A stretch of DNA of 54,737 nucleotides, counting the filler, from Sluysia triapertura (taxonomy: Eukaryota), in assembly GCA_046118255.1 (NCBI GenBank). It is 4 parts of 4 records of this genome, joined end to end, with 100 filler letters (N's around TTAATTAATTAA, not from the genome) between each part and the next. Parts side by side here need not be neighbours in the genome. Positions count along the whole stretch, not along the records: positions 42,002 to 54,737 come from JBJNIA010085249.1; 3 more parts are not named here. One strand, written 5' to 3'. This document shows positions 53,456 to 54,737 of this stretch, one piece after another (position 1 is the stretch's first letter; the number at the start of each line of letters is the position of its first letter). Below the pieces are notes generated by a model. The model was not told the DNA's origin, searched no databases, and saw only the letters and a program-made list of their open reading frames with translations. Position numbers and translations under genes: made by a program.

Positions 53456-54289
53456 CTGAATAACAAAAATAATGATTATATATTTTTTTTCAAATACAAA
53501 TAATAGTAATAGTTATCTCGAATGTTTCAGATAATTATTTAGAACTTTTCATAAAATCCAGGTATCAACTTGATTACACTTACAATGGTAAAAGTTCTAA
53601 TTAATTCGCGTAGTACACAATGGCTGAATATAGTAAATTTACTTTCTAATACAAAATATCAATTATGTTTCAGGCTTCAGTATTATAATACGACCTTATT
53701 TGAAGAAACATTAATTATAAGTGTAAACATGTAATCAAAAAATAAACCTTAAAAGTGTAATTGAATTAGATCACAAATGAAGGACAAATAAACAGTTACG
53801 AAATGTGAAAATTCATTCGAAGTTGTTAATCGAGTATATGAATGCGTGAGAAAATAATTTAAGTTCCGTCCACCAAAAGCATAGGCATGCATTAGACCCA
53901 TAAAATAACCAATTAAATTAACTCATTGGTTATCTATATAAAAAGTCAGTAAGTCAAAACAATTTTCATGCAACTGTAGGGAGGTCTCATCTGCAGAAGA
54001 ATTTTAAAAAAATGCGATAAACAGCGAAATTGTTGTTTTACAATTTTTAAGTTAAAATTAGTTATAGTTTAATATTAATAAGTTGTGAAATTATAAGAAC
54101 AATATTACAAAATTCCTACAAATTACTGATTCAATATAAGTGTTTTGTATATATATATATATATTAGACTAATGACTTTTTGTGATAAAATTCAACATTT
54201 TCAAGGATACTATGAAACCATTAATCATAAGTGTATAAAAAACAATGTCACGAAAATGTAAAATTTTGGAAAATAACTACTTTCTCTAA

Positions 54290-54699
54290 AACATTATGGT
54301 GAAAGTAAAATAATAGATAAAAATGCGTTTATTGAGATTGCCATTGTATTATTGAAACGGAAGTCAATGTTCCTGGATTCACAATCTAGGTTGGAATCGG
54401 TAGCATTGGCCTAGTTAGCCTTTTCTTCTTTGAAGGAACGAAAGTGTTTCTTATTGACTTTCATTTTCAACAAGAGGTAGCACCTGCGCACTTTTCCTAG
54501 ACGTTGGATTGGACGCCGAGGACTTCTAAAGAACACAGTTACGCTAAAAAGCCTAGGACAATTGATCAACTAAAACTAAATATTCAGCACGAATTGAACC
54601 AAATTTCAGAAGAAACTTGCCAGAAAGTATATCGCAAAAGTTGTCAAAAGATGTCATGCTTGTATTGAAGTTCAAGGCGGACATTTTGAACATTTGTAA
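54290..54699 (+). mobile_element. Decayed Tc1/mariner transposase (rosa/DD41D-like) C-terminal part, in a CNOT6 intron
   Basis: FHFQQEVAPAH, FPRRWIGRRG, YAKKPRTIDQLK and CIEVQGGHFEHL* motifs with deletions and frameshifts. Confidence 0.8.
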
Positions 54700-54737
54700 A
54701 TATTAAATATTAAATTTGTGGTTTTTTAATATCTAAT

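Noticed and set aside
1-54737. CRISPR array, operon or other prokaryotic system; alternative genetic code
   Set aside because: No regularly spaced repeat-spacer array; genes have spliceosomal introns; conserved genes use CAA for Gln and TAA as stop, and internal stops are confined to decayed sequences.

Overview
Very AT-rich (roughly a quarter G+C by eye), intron-containing animal genomic DNA, not prokaryotic. It is stitched from at least four contigs with artificial 100-bp N/TTAATTAATTAA linkers (12895-12994, 26671-26770, 41902-42001), so adjacency across those points is unreliable. Recognisable host genes are all partial: the first four exons of 6-phosphogluconate dehydrogenase (PGD, minus), the last exon of an ELOVL fatty-acid elongase (plus) and the last exon of a CCR4/CNOT6 deadenylase with an Asn/His-rich tail (minus). 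There is also a candidate 3-exon orphan acidic gene and probable decayed ELOVL and BRCT pseudogenes. The rest is largely decayed mobile DNA: Ty3/Gypsy, Tc3-like DD34E, Tigger/pogo, a mariner-type remnant, LINE fragments, and hAT- and piggyBac-type MITEs. The most striking observation is a family of ~125-145-bp elements (4 bounded copies plus a fragment within 9 kb). They have TGTT...AACA LTR-type ends, 4-bp target-site duplications and an internal tRNA-like Pol III gene with terminator, so they look like integrase-mobilised tRNA-carrying solo LTRs rather than ordinary SINEs. The genome also uses unusually tiny (33-39 nt) spliceosomal introns.
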